A model generated the notes under the pieces. The model was not told the origin of the DNA and searched no databases. It saw nothing but the letters and a program-made list of their open reading frames with translations. A stretch of DNA of 60,224 nt, the filler included, from Actinomycetota bacterium (GTDB lineage Bacteria; Actinomycetota; CADDZG01; JAHWKV01; JAOPZY01), in assembly GCA_025963875.1 (NCBI GenBank). It is 5 parts of 5 records of this genome, joined end to end, with 100 filler letters (N's around TTAATTAATTAA, not from the genome) between each part and the next. Parts side by side here need not be neighbours in the genome. Positions count along the whole stretch, not along the records: positions 1 to 22,889 come from JAOPZY010000065.1; positions 22,990 to 37,179 come from JAOPZY010000116.1; 3 more parts are not named here. One strand, written 5' to 3'. Both the position numbers and the translations under genes were made by a program. Position 1 is the stretch's first letter; each line of letters opens with the position of its first letter. This document shows positions 21,208-31,332 of this stretch, one piece after another.

Positions 21208-22280
21208 CGCCCCCGGCTCCTCTCGCCGACTCGCCGGGTGACCTCGGACGCGATCCGGTCGAGGGGCACGACCACGTCCGCCAGCCCCGCCGCCACCACT
21301 GCCCCGGGCATGCCCCAGACCACGCTCGACGCTTCGTCCTGGGCCAGCACCTGGCCGCCGGCGGCGCGGATCGACTCGCACCCCCGGCGCCCGTCGTAGC
21401 CCATCCCGGTCAGGATCACGCCGATCGCATGGGGACCGAACGTCTCCGCGACCGAGCGGAACAGCACGTCGACGGCTGGCCGGCAGGAGTTCTCGGGCGG
21501 TCCCTGGTGCGTCCGGAGGCCCACGCGGCCGTCGAGGCGATGCACGACGAGGTGAGAATCGCCGGGGGCGATCCACACCTGCCCGGGCTCGAGGGCCTCG
21601 CCGCCCCCGGCCTCGCACACACGGAGCGCGCACTGGGCGTCCAGGCGCTCCGCGAGGTAGCGCGTGAAGATCGGGGGCATGTGCTGGACGATCACCGCGG
21701 GTACCGGCAGGTCGCCGGGCAGGGAAGAGAGGACCTGGGCGAGCGCGGTCGGTCCGCCGGTGGAGACACCGATCGCCACAACGTCGATGCGGGAGGGGGG
21801 CAGGGCCGGGCGGGCGGCGGCGGAGCCCGGCGGGGAAGGCACCGGGGATGGAGGCAAACCCGAAGGCGCCCCGCACAGGGCCTTCACCTTAGGAACGAGC
21901 TCCTCGCGCACCCGGTCGATGGCCATCCCGAGGTTGCCGACGTTCGAAGGCTTCGTCACGTAGTCGTTGGCACCGAGCAGGAGCGCTTCGATGGTGACCG
22001 CGGCCCCTCGCGCGGTCGCCGAGCTGAACATGATCACCGGCAGCCGTGGGTGGCTGGCTCGAAGGGCACGGAGCGTGGCGAGGCCATCCAGCTCCGGCAT
22101 CTCCACATCCAGGACCACGAGGTCGGGGCTGAGCTGCGTCACCTTGGCCAGCGCGATGTGGCCGTTCGAGGCCGTGCCGGCCACCTCGATGAGCGGATCG
22201 GCAGACAGAACGTCCCGCAGGAGCCTGCGGATGACCACGGAGTCGTCGACGACGAGCACACGGACGGGAGACACGACCAA
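21204..22280 (-). CDS. cheB: Chemotaxis protein-glutamate methylesterase
   Basis: REC domain plus GVSTGGP, VQHMPP, RPAVDVLF, LTGMGYDG, VVWGMP. Confidence 0.96.
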   Translation of the reverse strand: MVVSPVRVLVVDDSVVIRRLLRDVLSADPLIEVAGTASNGHIALAKVTQLSPDLVVLDVEMPELDGLATLRALRASHPRLPVIMFSSATARGAAVTIEALLLGANDYVTKPSNVGNLGMAIDRVREELVPKVKALCGAPSGLPPSPVPSPPGSAAARPALPPSRIDVVAIGVSTGGPTALAQVLSSLPGDLPVPAVIVQHMPPIFTRYLAERLDAQCALRVCEAGGGEALEPGQVWIAPGDSHLVVHRLDGRVGLRTHQGPPENSCRPAVDVLFRSVAETFGPHAIGVILTGMGYDGRRGCESIRAAGGQVLAQDEASSVVWGMPGAVVAAGLADVVVPLDRIASEVTRRVGERSRGR

Positions 22281-22399
22281 CAGACTATGGGTCGATGAGA
22301 TCGAACTTCTCCAAGGCGACTATGTATCGAAGAGCTTCAGGACATCCTCGCCTGGCCCAATTCGGGTGTGGATCTTCTGTGTACCTGCGACGATCGCTG

Positions 22400-22889
22400 C
22401 TACTCATGCACAAGAGGCTTTAGGACCTTTGGACCTGGGCGGGACGGCGGGAGGGGACGTGCCCCGGGCCCGGAAGGCGGCGCCGGCCTGGGGGATCGCA
22501 CCTTCTCCCGCTCGACGAGCGCCAGCAGCACGTCCGCCATGCGGGCGAGGCCGGTTGCGGACTGCCGGACCCGGGCGGCGGCGTCGGTGGTCGAGCCCGC
22601 TGCATGGGCCACCGAGGAGATGCTGCCGGCGATCTCGGCCGATCCCCGGGCGGCCTCGGTGACGTTGCGCGAGATCTCGTTCGTCGTCGCCGTCTGCTCC
22701 TCGACGGCCGAGGCGATCGCGTTCTCGATGCCGGCGATCTGGTTGACGATGGCGGCGAACTTCCCGATGGCCTCCACCGCTCCGGAGGTGTCGGTCTGGA
22801 TGGCGGCGATCCTTCCCGAGATCTCCCCCGTCGCCCTGGCCGTCTTCTTGGCAAGCTCCTTCACCTCGTTGGCGACCACCGCGAAGCCC
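22400..22889 (-). CDS. Methyl-accepting chemotaxis protein, C-terminal part (contig edge)
   Basis: [14 protein letters not shown]...[19 protein letters not shown]. Confidence 0.92.
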
Positions 22890-22989
22890 NNNNNNNNNNN
22901 NNNNNNNNNNNNNNNNNNNNNNNNNNNNNNNNNTTAATTAATTAANNNNNNNNNNNNNNNNNNNNNNNNNNNNNNNNNNNNNNNNNNNN
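22890..22989. other. Artificial contig linker
   Basis: N run-TTAATTAATTAA-N run (six-frame stop spacer). Confidence 0.98.
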
Positions 22990-23255
22990 GGGTGGGTCTG
23001 GCGCTGCAGCGGGTCCTCACCGTGGAGCTCGAAGTACGCCGCTTCGCGGAGCCCGACGAGCGTCCCTTTTGGGATCCCCAGTTGAACTTCGTAGCCTTCG
23101 ACGACGTCGGCCGGCGGGAGGCGATGGCCGCGCTCGTATTCCACGAGATTGCTGTGGGACAGGTACAGCAGCTTTGCGAGCGCCCGAAGCGAGAGACCTC
23201 GCTCCTTCCGGGCACTTCGCAGCGCGGCACCCAGCCGTTCCTCGGGTCGCGGCAC
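22990..23255 (-). CDS. XRE-HTH regulator, N-terminal part (runs into contig edge)
   Basis: LGAALRSARKERGLSLRALAK...SNLVEYERGHRLP. Confidence 0.8.
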
Positions 23256-23407
23256 TACCCCGCCCGGGCCCTCGTCCTCCTCCGTCAAAGCCTGCTCTCT
23301 CCGGGTGACCATTACGCCATCGTTGCCTAGAATGTCAGTCTTTTCCCGATGGGGGCAGGATAATTCAGAATCAACCGAATTGAGGCTAGGTATTACTCTC
23401 GAGGGCC

Positions 23408-23956
23408 TCATGGCTCGCGGTAGCGAGCCGCCTGCTCGTCCAATTCTTTAGGCAAAACATCTGGCGGCACGCCCAGGGCACGCAGGAAACGGTCGAGCAC
23501 TTGAGTCGGGTCAAGCCGTTGCCCAGGTTCGAGGCGCGCAGGTTGACGTAGAGCTGGCCGTCGGGGAAATCGGGGGCCAGCTGGTGCGCCAGGTGAACCG
23601 CCGGCACGCAACTTGCCGAGCTCAGCCTCCCGACCAGTGAAGCCGGCGATGTCTGGCGGGAGCTGGTGGGGCGCATCGAACGCGGGGCGCAACACGTAGG
23701 TCCGGACGTGTGAGCGGTCTTCTCCGTACAGCTCGAGCCTGGCCGCCTCGTGGACTGCGACGAGGGCCCCCGCCCCCAGTCCCAGCTCGGACTCGTAGGC
23801 CTCGACGACGTCGAGAGGCGATGGCCCCCGCTCGTACTCGACGAGGGTGCTGTGCGAGCGGTGGAGCGTTCTCGCCAGAGCCCTCAGCGAAATGTTCCGG
23901 CTCTCACGGGCGCGGCGGAGGGCCAGTCCCAAACCAGCCTCCCGCCCATCTGGCAC
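23408..23956 (-). pseudogene. XRE-HTH + NB-ARC regulator, internally deleted and truncated paralogue
   Basis: HTH, PHQLPPDIAGFTGREAEL, no Walker A; AVHLAHQLAPDFPDGQLYVNLR lies in another frame; stops after AARYR. Confidence 0.8.
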
Positions 23957-24092
23957 GTCCCGATCCCCTCGCAAAGGTCGGAACCAATTCTCCTCTCGTT
24001 GGTCGGTCTTTTCTCCGACCGGCCCCCGACCAGCGCAGCATCTAAGGAGCAGCCGCATCGCCCCGCCGGAAAACCGACAAAAGGGGGTACCG

Positions 24093-24647
24093 ATGGCGAC
24101 GCTGAGATTTGACCCTCCCCGCAGGTGGGGCCGGACTCCCTGGGCGCATCCCGGGAGGACCGCCCGGGAAGAGGGCATCGAGGAGTGCCAGGCCTCCGAC
24201 GAGCAGGAGCTTTTCGTTACTCGGCGACACCCCATCGTCCTGGGCCCCACCCTCGTGGTCGCGTTCGGCGTGGCGACCATCGGTTGGGCATCGGGCGTCG
24301 GCTTGGTCCTCATCCCGCCGGCGACCCTGTTCCTCGGGTGGAGGGTCTGGCGGTGGAGGGAGGCCTGGTATGTGCTCACGGACCAGCGGCTGCTGTTGGT
24401 GGATGGCATCGCCCAGATGCGGGTCACCGCACTTCCTCTCGAAAGCGTGCTGGACGCGACCTGCCACCGGAGCCTCGCCGGGCGGCTCCTCGGTTACGGG
24501 GAGATCAGGCTGAGGGTGAACCTCGCTGAGCGGTCGCCACTGCGCAAGCTGACCAGGCTCCCACGGCCGGAGACCCTCTACCTTTCGATCCTCTCCCTGA
24601 CGGCGGTCCGGGACGTGACGGAGAACATTCCGTTGAACGAGGGTTAG
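24093..24647 (+). CDS. Bacterial PH-domain membrane protein
   Basis: RRHPIVL, 2 TM, YVLTDQRL..GI, RSLAGRLLGYGEI. Confidence 0.8.
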   Translation: MATLRFDPPRRWGRTPWAHPGRTAREEGIEECQASDEQELFVTRRHPIVLGPTLVVAFGVATIGWASGVGLVLIPPATLFLGWRVWRWREAWYVLTDQRLLLVDGIAQMRVTALPLESVLDATCHRSLAGRLLGYGEIRLRVNLAERSPLRKLTRLPRPETLYLSILSLTAVRDVTENIPLNEG

Positions 24648-25039
24648 TCGCCGTCCGGCGCCCGGATGGCGAGGGTGCAGGTGGAGAAGGCCACCAAGCG
24701 GCCTGCCTCGTCGGTGATCCGCATCTCCCAGAGCTGCGTCGTCCGGCCGAGATGGATCGGCACCCCGGTGCCGGTCAGCCATCCGTCCCTGGCCGGTCGC
24801 AGGTGGTTGACCTTGAGCTCCAGCCCGAGCACCATCCGGTCGGGGGCGTTCAGCCACCCGCCGATGGAGGCGAGGGTCTCTGCGAGAACGCCCGAAGCCC
24901 CGCCGTGCAGGAGCCCGAAGGGCTGGGTATTGCCTTCGACGGGCATCCTCGCCACCACCCGCTTCGGATCAACCTCGACCCACTCGATCCCCATCTTGGC
25001 GGCGAGGGCTCCGCTGGGGATGACCTCGTCATCGCTCAC
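24644..25039 (-). CDS. PaaI-family hotdog thioesterase
   Basis: NTQPFGLLHGGASGVLAETLAS, VNHLRP, HLGRT. Confidence 0.92.
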   Translation of the reverse strand: MSDDEVIPSGALAAKMGIEWVEVDPKRVVARMPVEGNTQPFGLLHGGASGVLAETLASIGGWLNAPDRMVLGLELKVNHLRPARDGWLTGTGVPIHLGRTTQLWEMRITDEAGRLVAFSTCTLAIRAPDGD

Positions 25040-25044
25040 GCGGC

Positions 25045-28000
25045 TCAAGCCTTGGCCTGCTCGGCCGACCCCTCGTGGCTCCCCTCGATCTTGGCCACCT
25101 CGGCCTTCGGGGCGATCCGCCAGAACTTGTGAGCGTGTTCCTTCCACTCGGCGAGAAGCCCGGCGGAGCGAGCCGAGCCCGTCAGGTCGGCGTGCTGGGC
25201 GACCAGGCCCTTGAGGAACGTCTGCTGCGGCCCGTCGGGCCGGACGGTCGACACCAGCTCGGGGTTCACCTTCGCGGGCAGCGACAGCTCGGGGTCGTAC
25301 ACGTAGGCCTGGCCCCCCGTCATCCCGGCCCCGAGGTTCCAGCCAGTCGGGCCGAGGATCACGACGGTGCCGCCGGTCATGTACTCGCACGCGTGGTCGC
25401 CGGCCCCCTCGACCACGGTCGTAGCCCCGGAGTTCCGCACGCAGAACCGCTCGCCCCCCCGGCCGGCCACAAAGAGTTCGCCGCCGGTGGCGCCGTAGAG
25501 GCAGGTGTTGCCGATGAGGTAAGGGTCCCCGGCGTCGTCCTCGGGGGCGATGATGACGATCCGGCCCCCGCCCATCCCCTTGCCCACGTAGTCGTTCGCC
25601 TCGCCCACGAGCCGGAAGTCGATGCCCTCCGTGAGGAAGGCGCCGAAGCTCTGGCCGGCCTCGCCGGTGAAGTTGACCCGCACCGACCCCGGAGGCGCCG
25701 ACGCGCTGTGCACGTGGGCGATGGCCCCGCCCAGGCGGGCCCCCACCGTCCGGTCGGAGTTGTGGATGTCGTACGTCAGGGTGATGTGCTCGCCGCCCAT
25801 GACCGCGGAGAAGGCGTCGTCGTAGATCTTGTCGCCCAGTACCGACCGGGGCTTCTGGATCGGGTGGGCGGCGACGAAATGCCGCGGGCCTTCCCACGCC
25901 TCGACGAGCAGGGACAGGTCCAGCATCTCGGCCCGGTGTCCCGGCAGCGAGCGCCGGCGCAGCAGGTCCACACGGCCGATGGCCTCCTCGAGGCTCCGCA
26001 GGCCCAGCGAGGCCAGCAGCTGCCGGATCTCCTCGGCCACGAAGTTCAGGTACGCGGCGACCTGCTGGGGCGTCCCGGCGAACTTGTCCCGCAGGTCCTT
26101 GCGCTGGGTGGCGATGCCAACCGGGCAGGTGTCGCGGTGGCAGGCCCGGACCATGATGCAGCCCTCGGCCAGCAGCAGGGAGGTCCCGAACGAGTACTCG
26201 TCGGCCCCCAGGAGGGCGGCGACCAGGACGTCACGGCCGGACTTGAGACCCCCGTCCATCCGCACCCGCACCCGGTCCCGCAAGCCGTTCTCCATCAGCA
26301 CCTGCTGGGTCTCGGCGAGGCCGATCTCCCACGGAAGCCCGGCGTTCTTGATGGACGACAGCGGGCTGGCGCCGGTGCCGCCGTCCCATCCGCAGATCTG
26401 GACGACGTCGGCGAGTGCCTTGGCGACCCCTGCCGCGATCGTCCCGACGCCGGCCTCGGACACCAGCTTCACCGACACGTCGGCCTTGGGGTTGACCTGC
26501 TTCAGGTCGAAGATGAGCTGGGCGAGGTCCTCGATCGAGTAGATGTCGTGGTGCGGCGGCGGGGAGATCAGCGCCACGCCCGGCTGGGTGTGGCGGAGGC
26601 CGGCGATCTCCTCGGTCACCTTCTTGCCCGGGATCTGGCCCCCCTCGCCCGGCTTGGAGCCCTGGGCCATCTTGATGTTCATCTCCTCGGCGAACGAGCA
26701 GTACTCCGGCGTCACCCCGAAGCGGCCCGAGGCGATCTGCTTGATGCGGCAGTTCTTGTCGTTGTGGTAGCGGGCCGGGTCCTCGCCCCCCTCGCCGGTG
26801 TTGGCCTTGCCGCCGACGAGGTTCATGGCCTGGGCGATGGTCTCGTGGGCCTCCTTGCCGATGGCGCCGTGGCTGATCGCCCCGCTGGAGAACCGCCGCG
26901 TGATGGCGGAGGCAGCCTCGACCTCGTCCACCGGCACGGCAGGCCCGGCGGCGACGAGCTCGAGCAGGTCCCGGGGCTCGGTGGGCGGACGCTCGGCTAC
27001 CAGCTTGGCGAACGTGGCGTACGCCTCCCAGTCCCCCTTCTGCACGGCCTCGTGGAGGGAGTCCACGACTGCGGGGTTGGTGACGTGGTGCTCGATGCCC
27101 TTGGCGTGGTGCTTGTAGTAGCCGGGGTTGACCAGCTTCGGCGCCTCGTCGAAGGCCAGCTTGTGCCGGGTCAGGACGTCCTCGCCGATGGTCTGGAAGC
27201 CGATGCCGCCGAGCGGCGAGGCGCACCCCGTGAAGCAGGTGTCGATGACCTCCTGGCCGAGGCCGATGGCGTCGAAGATCTGCGCGCTCCGGTACGAGTC
27301 CGTGGTGGAGATGCCCATCTTCGAGAGGATCTTGAGGACGCCCTCCTCCACGGCGTTGCGGAAGCGCATCAGCGCCTCGGAAACCGGGATGTCCTCGCCG
27401 AGGCGGCCCTTGTTCACCAGCTCGGCGATCGACGCCAGCACCAGCGACGGGCACACCGCCTCGGCCCCGTAGCCGAGCAGGCACGCCATGTGGTGGACCT
27501 CCCGGGCCTCGTCGGTCTCGACCACGATCGACACCCGGGTCCGCTGGCCGGCCCGCAGCAGCCGCTGGTGGGTGGCTCCCACCGCCAGGAGCATCGGGAT
27601 CGGGGCGCGGCTGGCGGAGATGTCCCGGTCGGAGATCACGAGGATGCCGCTGCCGAGGCCCGCCGCATGCTCGGCCTCGTCGGCAAGGCGGTCCAGCCCG
27701 GTGCGCAAGCCGTCGGGACCGTCGGCGACGGGGAAGGTGGCGTCGAGGCGGTAGCCGCCCGGCGCCTTGAAGAGCAGGAACGTCTCCAGCTCGAGGAGCG
27801 ACGCCCCCTCAGGCCGTTCCCACAGCACCGGGTCGTGCGGGCCGATCAGGGTCCGGATGCTCATGACGCCCCGCTCCCGGATAGGGTCCATCGGCGGGTT
27901 GGTCACCTGGGCGAAGCGCTGCTTGAAGTAGTTGTAGATCGGCCGCTGGTGGTCGGCAAGGCCGCCGGGGGCGGTGTCGTCGCCCATGGAGGAGGTCGGC

Positions 28001-29457
28001 TCGTGGCCGGACGTCGCCATCGGCCGGATCACGGTGGTGAAGTCCTCGTGCGAGTAGCCGAACGCAATCTGCCGGCGCATCAGATCGGGGGGGATCTCGG
28101 GGTTGGGGTCGCCCAGCGGGGCGGGGTTCAGGAACCGCCGGACCCACTGCCCGTAAGGCTGCGCCTTGGCCAGGCGGTCCCGAACCGGGTTCTCCTGGAA
28201 GCCGCCGTCGGTCGGGTCGACGCAGATCATCTGGCCGGGTCCGAGCTTGCCGCGGCGGACCGTACCGTGGCCGCGGGTGTAGACCGACCCCGCTTCGGAG
28301 GTGCAGGCGACCATGCCGTCCTCGCAGACGAAATAGCGCATGGGCCGCAGGCCGTTGCGGTCGAGGGTAGCCCCCACCCGAGTGCCGTCGGTGAAGATCA
28401 CGCCGGCCGGGCCGTCCCACGCCTCCATCAGGCAGGCATGGTACCGGTAGAAGTCCCGCACGTCGTCGCCGATGTCGGTGAGCGTCTCCCACGCCGCGGG
28501 GATCAGCATCGCGGCAGCGTGCCGCACGTCCCGGCCCTCCCGGGTGAGCAGTTCCAGGACGTTGTCCAGCATGGCGGAGTCGGACCCGGAGGTGTCGATG
28601 ACGGGCCGCAGCAGCTCCTCCTCGAGCAGGTTGATCTTCCCGAGGCGGCCCTCCCGGGCCCGCATCCGGTTGACGTTGCCCTGGATAGTGTTGATCTCGC
28701 CGTTGTGGCAGAGCATCCGGAACGGCTGCGTCCGCTCCCACGTCGGCAGGGTGTTGGTCGAGAACCGCTGGTGGAAGACCGCCAGCGGCACCTGGTAGCG
28801 CTCGTCGACCAGGTCGAGGTAGAAGTCCCCCAGCTTGTCCGCCAGGCACATGCCCTTGTAGGTGATGGTGCTGAAGGAGAACGACGGGAAGTAGACCCGG
28901 ATACCCACTTCGGCGCAGGCCTTCTCGGCCCGCTTCCGGGCCCGGACGCAGCGGCGCTCCGCCTCGGCGTGATCGACGCCGATCGGCCGCAGGAAGAGGG
29001 CCTGCTCGATGACCGGCTGCGTGGCCTTCGCCCGGTCGCCGAGGGTCTCGGGGTCGACGGGGACCTCCCGCCACCCGATGACCTCGATGCCCTCCCAGCG
29101 GCAGGCGTCCTCGATGATGCTTCGGTGGCCGTCGCTCCAGACGAAGGTCATGGCGACGCCGATGAATGCCGGATCCGCCGGCGTGCCCATCCGGGCCGCC
29201 TCGGCCGCGAAGAAGTCGGCCGGCAGCGACGTCAGGATCCCGGCGCCGTCCCCGCTCTTGCCGTCGGCGTCCACGGCGCCACGGTGGCGCACCCGGCACA
29301 GCGAGTAGACGGCCGTCTCCAGGATGGAGTGGCTCGCCCGCCCTTCCACGTCGGCGACGAATCCGACGCCGCAGGCGTCGCGCTCGTGAGCCGGGTCGAA
29401 GATGTCCCGATTCCTGCTGCTCGCCCCCGACATGGAACCCGGTTTCAGAGTTGGCAT
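25045..29457 (-). CDS. gltB: Glutamate synthase large subunit
   Basis: ERDACGVGF, HQRFSTNT, HNGEINT, IKMAQGSKPGEGG, 3Fe-4S Cys motif GCIMVRACHRDTC, GXGXG domain. Confidence 0.98.
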   Translation of the reverse strand: MPTLKPGSMSGASSRNRDIFDPAHERDACGVGFVADVEGRASHSILETAVYSLCRVRHRGAVDADGKSGDGAGILTSLPADFFAAEAARMGTPADPAFIGVAMTFVWSDGHRSIIEDACRWEGIEVIGWREVPVDPETLGDRAKATQPVIEQALFLRPIGVDHAEAERRCVRARKRAEKACAEVGIRVYFPSFSFSTITYKGMCLADKLGDFYLDLVDERYQVPLAVFHQRFSTNTLPTWERTQPFRMLCHNGEINTIQGNVNRMRAREGRLGKINLLEEELLRPVIDTSGSDSAMLDNVLELLTREGRDVRHAAAMLIPAAWETLTDIGDDVRDFYRYHACLMEAWDGPAGVIFTDGTRVGATLDRNGLRPMRYFVCEDGMVACTSEAGSVYTRGHGTVRRGKLGPGQMICVDPTDGGFQENPVRDRLAKAQPYGQWVRRFLNPAPLGDPNPEIPPDLMRRQIAFGYSHEDFTTVIRPMATSGHEPTSSMGDDTAPGGLADHQRPIYNYFKQRFAQVTNPPMDPIRERGVMSIRTLIGPHDPVLWERPEGASLLELETFLLFKAPGGYRLDATFPVADGPDGLRTGLDRLADEAEHAAGLGSGILVISDRDISASRAPIPMLLAVGATHQRLLRAGQRTRVSIVVETDEAREVHHMACLLGYGAEAVCPSLVLASIAELVNKGRLGEDIPVSEALMRFRNAVEEGVLKILSKMGISTTDSYRSAQIFDAIGLGQEVIDTCFTGCASPLGGIGFQTIGEDVLTRHKLAFDEAPKLVNPGYYKHHAKGIEHHVTNPAVVDSLHEAVQKGDWEAYATFAKLVAERPPTEPRDLLELVAAGPAVPVDEVEAASAITRRFSSGAISHGAIGKEAHETIAQAMNLVGGKANTGEGGEDPARYHNDKNCRIKQIASGRFGVTPEYCSFAEEMNIKMAQGSKPGEGGQIPGKKVTEEIAGLRHTQPGVALISPPPHHDIYSIEDLAQLIFDLKQVNPKADVSVKLVSEAGVGTIAAGVAKALADVVQICGWDGGTGASPLSSIKNAGLPWEIGLAETQQVLMENGLRDRVRVRMDGGLKSGRDVLVAALLGADEYSFGTSLLLAEGCIMVRACHRDTCPVGIATQRKDLRDKFAGTPQQVAAYLNFVAEEIRQLLASLGLRSLEEAIGRVDLLRRRSLPGHRAEMLDLSLLVEAWEGPRHFVAAHPIQKPRSVLGDKIYDDAFSAVMGGEHITLTYDIHNSDRTVGARLGGAIAHVHSASAPPGSVRVNFTGEAGQSFGAFLTEGIDFRLVGEANDYVGKGMGGGRIVIIAPEDDAGDPYLIGNTCLYGATGGELFVAGRGGERFCVRNSGATTVVEGAGDHACEYMTGGTVVILGPTGWNLGAGMTGGQAYVYDPELSLPAKVNPELVSTVRPDGPQQTFLKGLVAQHADLTGSARSAGLLAEWKEHAHKFWRIAPKAEVAKIEGSHEGSAEQAKA

Positions 29458-29486
29458 GAAACCCCCTGTTAACGAATCATTCGGAC

Positions 29487-29520
29487 AAAAAAACGCCCGC
29501 GCAAGGAACCGCGCGAGCGT
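29487..29520 (-). terminator. Intrinsic terminator inside the gltB leader
   Basis: Minus strand ACGCTCGCGC-GGTTCCTT-GCGCGGGCGT followed by a T run, about 30 nt before the gltB ATG. Confidence 0.8.
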
Positions 29521-29541
29521 CGTTGCTCGGGTGGCCTCCAA

Positions 29542-29579
29542 CTGATGCGACAGGCTGGTGCGACGGCTGATGCGACAGG
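29542..29579. repeat. Three tandem 12-13 nt repeats in the gltB leader
   Basis: CTGATGCGACAGG / CTGGTGCGACGG / CTGATGCGACAGG. Confidence 0.85.
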
Positions 29580-29598
29580 GCGGCCAGGAATCAGTCCC

Positions 29599-29627
29599 AT
29601 TGTAAAGCCGGTCATGACAAGTGTCAC
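29599..29627 (-). promoter_or_regulatory. gltB promoter candidate, overlapping a TGACA-AG-TGTCA palindrome (29615-29626)
   Basis: GTGACA-N17-TACAAT on the minus strand; the palindrome resembles sites in front of DesR-type ABC operons. Confidence 0.6.
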
Positions 29628-29708
29628 GCCCATGTTGTGACGCCCCGCACTACCGGCCGCTCCCCGCACTCCGTAGCGTGATCCTCGCAACCACACAGGA
29701 GGGACCAC

Positions 29709-30601
29709 GTGACACCCAACGCCATCGAGATCCACGATCTGCACCGGAGCTTCGGCGCCGTGAGGGCGGTCGAGGGGCTCAGCCTCACGATCGGCAAGGG
29801 GGAGAGCGTCGCCGTCCTCGGCCCCAACGGGGCAGGAAAGTCGGCCACCATCGCGATGCTGCTCGGCCTCCTGGCGCCGGACGCCGGGTCGGTGGCGGTG
29901 TGGGGCATGCCGCCCGGGGAAGCCGTCGCCAGGGGCCACATCGCCGCCATGCTGCAGGAGGGCGGCCTGATGCCCGGCGTCAAGGTGGCCGAGCTCGTCG
30001 GCTTCGTCCGCGGCCTCTACCCCGACCCGCTTCCCCTCGACCGGGTGCTGGAGGCGGCGGGGCTGACCGCCCTTGCCGGGCGCCACGTCGACAAACTGTC
30101 CGGCGGCCAGACGCAGCGGGTGCGCTTCGCCCTGGCTCTCGCCGGCAACCCCTCGATCCTCGTCCTCGACGAACCGACGGCCGGGATGGATGTCGAGTCG
30201 CGCCGGGCGTTCTGGACGAGCATGCGGGCGGAGGCCGCCGCAGGGCGGACCGTGCTCTTCGCCACCCACTACCTCGAGGAAGCCGACGACAATGCCGGCC
30301 GCATCGTCGTCGTCGACAGGGGCCGGATCGTCGCGGACGGCCCCGCCACCGAGATCAAGGCCGCGGCGGGGGGTCGTACCATCCGGTTCTCCCTTGCCGG
30401 GGGACCTTCGGCGGGCCTGGAGGCCCTCCCCCCGGCGTGACGTCCGTCGAGATCCACGGGAACAGCGTCCTGCTGCGTAGCGTCGACGCAGACATCACCC
30501 TTCGTGCCCTCTTCGCGGCCAGGGACCAGGTCCACGACATCGAGGTCACCGGCGCCGGCCTGGAGGAGGCCTCTCTGACGCTCACGGGAGGTGTCCGGTG
30601 A
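29709..30601 (+). pseudogene. ABC transporter ATP-binding protein, frameshifted in a C6 tract (30428-30433)
   Basis: GPNGAGKS, LSGGQ, LDEPT; the C-terminus GVTSVEIHG...LEEA continues in another frame. Confidence 0.85.
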
Positions 30602-31332
30602 TCACGTACCTTCGCCTCGAGGTGCTGCGGGTCATCCGCAACAGCCGCTACCTGTTCCTCAGCCTGGTGACGCCAGTCGGCTTCTATCTCCTGTTCAGCA
30701 GCCTGTTCGGGAGCCAGCCGGCCGAGGGGCTCAAGCAGTCCGTCCAGCTCATGGTCTCGATGGCCGCCTACGGCGCCATCGGGGCGGTCCTCTTCGCCAC
30801 CGGCCCCCGGGTGGCAGCCGAGCGGGGCTCCGGCTGGCTCCGCCAGCTCCGGACGACCCCCCTGCCGGCGGGCAAGGTGATCGCCGCCAAGGTGCTGGCG
30901 GCCATGGCCCTCGGCTTCCCGGCCGTCGTGCTGATGAGCCTGACGGCCGCCCTTGCCCACAGCGTGCGGCTCACGGCGGGGGAGTGGGCTGCCTTCATCG
31001 CCCTCACCACACTCGGCACGGCCCCGTTCGCCATGCTGGGCCTGATGATCGGCTACCTCGCCGACGGCGACTCCTCCTACAGCCTCACCCTTGCCGCCTG
31101 GTTCGTGCTCCCGGCGATCGGTGGGCTCTGGATGCCGCTGTCGATCCTTCCAAAGGCCCTGCGAACTATCGGCCACGTCCTGCCGACAAACCGCCTCGGG
31201 GACCTCGGGTGGCGGATCGCCGCCGGCCACGCGCCGTCGGCATCCAGCGGCCTTATCCTCGCGGGGTGGACCGCAGCCCTGGCGGTGCTTGCCGCCTGGA
31301 GCTACCGGCGGGCCAGCGTGAGGGACTCATGA
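30598..31332 (+). CDS. ABC-2 type permease
   Basis: 6 TM; ERGSGWLRQLRTTPL. Confidence 0.9.
   Translation: MITYLRLEVLRVIRNSRYLFLSLVTPVGFYLLFSSLFGSQPAEGLKQSVQLMVSMAAYGAIGAVLFATGPRVAAERGSGWLRQLRTTPLPAGKVIAAKVLAAMALGFPAVVLMSLTAALAHSVRLTAGEWAAFIALTTLGTAPFAMLGLMIGYLADGDSSYSLTLAAWFVLPAIGGLWMPLSILPKALRTIGHVLPTNRLGDLGWRIAAGHAPSASSGLILAGWTAALAVLAAWSYRRASVRDS

Noticed and set aside
22280..22400. cheY remnant between MCP and cheB
   Set aside because: Only a weak ALEKFDLI resemblance; not supportable.
25075..29472. 1465-aa plus-strand ORF and similar long antisense ORFs (e.g. 11042-12565, 48453-50396, 58452-59654)
   Set aside because: Shadow frames of real high-GC genes on the opposite strand.
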